Made by a program: the position numbers and the translations under genes. Under the pieces are notes generated by a model. It did no database searches and was not told where the DNA came from. It was given only the letters and a program-made list of their open reading frames with translations. From Oculina patagonica (Eukaryota), in assembly GCF_052425735.1 (NCBI RefSeq), contig NC_135771.1, positions 23,126,001 through 23,190,000 on the forward strand: 64,000 nucleotides of DNA. The letters are read 5' to 3'. Shown piece after piece: positions 63,026 to 64,000 of the stretch. How positions within the stretch are numbered: position 1 is the first letter of the stretch; every line of letters begins with the position of its first letter.

Positions 63026-64000
63026 CAGCAAAACCCCGCGTATATAAGAACCTGGATTTTTTAATTTAGCCTAAACAGGTTCTTATATAAATGGTACTTC
63101 AAGCAAATTTAGACTACCAAGGTTCTTTTAATAGGTTCTTATATTTTCATATGAATTTCATTTTAAATTATTTTAATTATCATCTCTTATTATATGGCTA
63201 CAATAGTACGCGCGCTCTGATTGGCTGCTGAGCGGGCATTATTTTCTTGTAATGACCGGGCATTATGAAAATTTTCCTCGGCTCGGTGGTTTTTATATGT
63301 TTTTTTGAGTTGTGAGTAAAAGCTACTAGCGCAATTGCGAGAACGACAATAAATACCGACAAAATGTAACTATCTTTTCAATAACTGAAAGAAAAATATT
63401 AGCATACCGATACTTTTTTAGTATGAGCGACGAAGAGAGCCACAGAGAGCGAGAGCGAGTTGCACCTCGGGGTTTTTAGTTATTTCAGTTTAGAATAGCG
63501 CTAAAAGGCCATATAATAAATAACTTATTAACCGAGAGTGAGGTCATTACAGGGCAATCTCAGACCTCGGCCTTGATGTATTGACCTCGCTATCGCTCGG
63601 TCAATACATCAAGGCCTCAGTCTGAGATTCCCCTGTAATGACCTCACTCTCGGTTAATAAGTAGTATGTAATACAATATAAATCATTTATACCATAATGC
63701 CTAAAGGCAGTACAATGCAAATATGTCTTAACGAACATAACAAACAAACTCATAGTCAGTTCTCTGAAATTCCATTTCAAAGTTGATACCAAGAAAATCA
63801 TGGGACAAATACAATACATTCATAATCAGTTCCAAGAAATCAGCCTTCAGTTCTGTATTGCCTTTTCTGGAGTTCTAATCCTAATTCAGCAGTTTCTACT
63901 TAAAATTTTAGCCTTAATAGTTTCCGTATGTGGAGGGGGCTTAAAATGAAAGCTTTAACCTAATAGGTTTTTAAAACCCAGGTTGTTATACGCGGGGTTT
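63026..64000. mobile_element. TA-flanked MITE with a nested insertion, running to the window edge
   Basis: TACAGCAAAACCCCGCGTATA at ~63024 is mirrored by TATACGCGGGGTTT at the window end. Confidence 0.55.

Overview
AT-rich eukaryotic genomic DNA with spliceosomal GT-AG introns. The gene families and repeat types suggest a cnidarian, probably a stony coral (inference, no search run). The window holds a mirror-arranged cluster of two secreted-protein families: three Ly6/uPAR three-finger genes, and three intact 3-exon PAN/apple-EGF-Caspr-type fibrinogen-like genes plus four exon-3 relics. The left arm (1-15 kb) is on the minus strand and the right arm (38.5-62 kb) on the plus strand. They are separated by a repeat-rich spacer with nested transposons, satellites and possible spliced non-coding exons. 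A young ~6.4 kb Ngaro-type tyrosine-recombinase retrotransposon (split direct repeats A1-SGNH-gag-RT/RNaseH-YR-B1-A2-B2) lies at 54828-61212. Its empty target site survives in a paralogous segment near 12155. Its 3' non-coding region carries six hairpins with unrelated lower-stem sequences but a conserved GT bulge and CAG/CTG upper stem, the most novel-looking signal here. A 311-bp-arm inverted repeat at 16.5-17.3 kb carries two minimal Penelope-type hammerhead ribozymes. All coordinates were read by eye.
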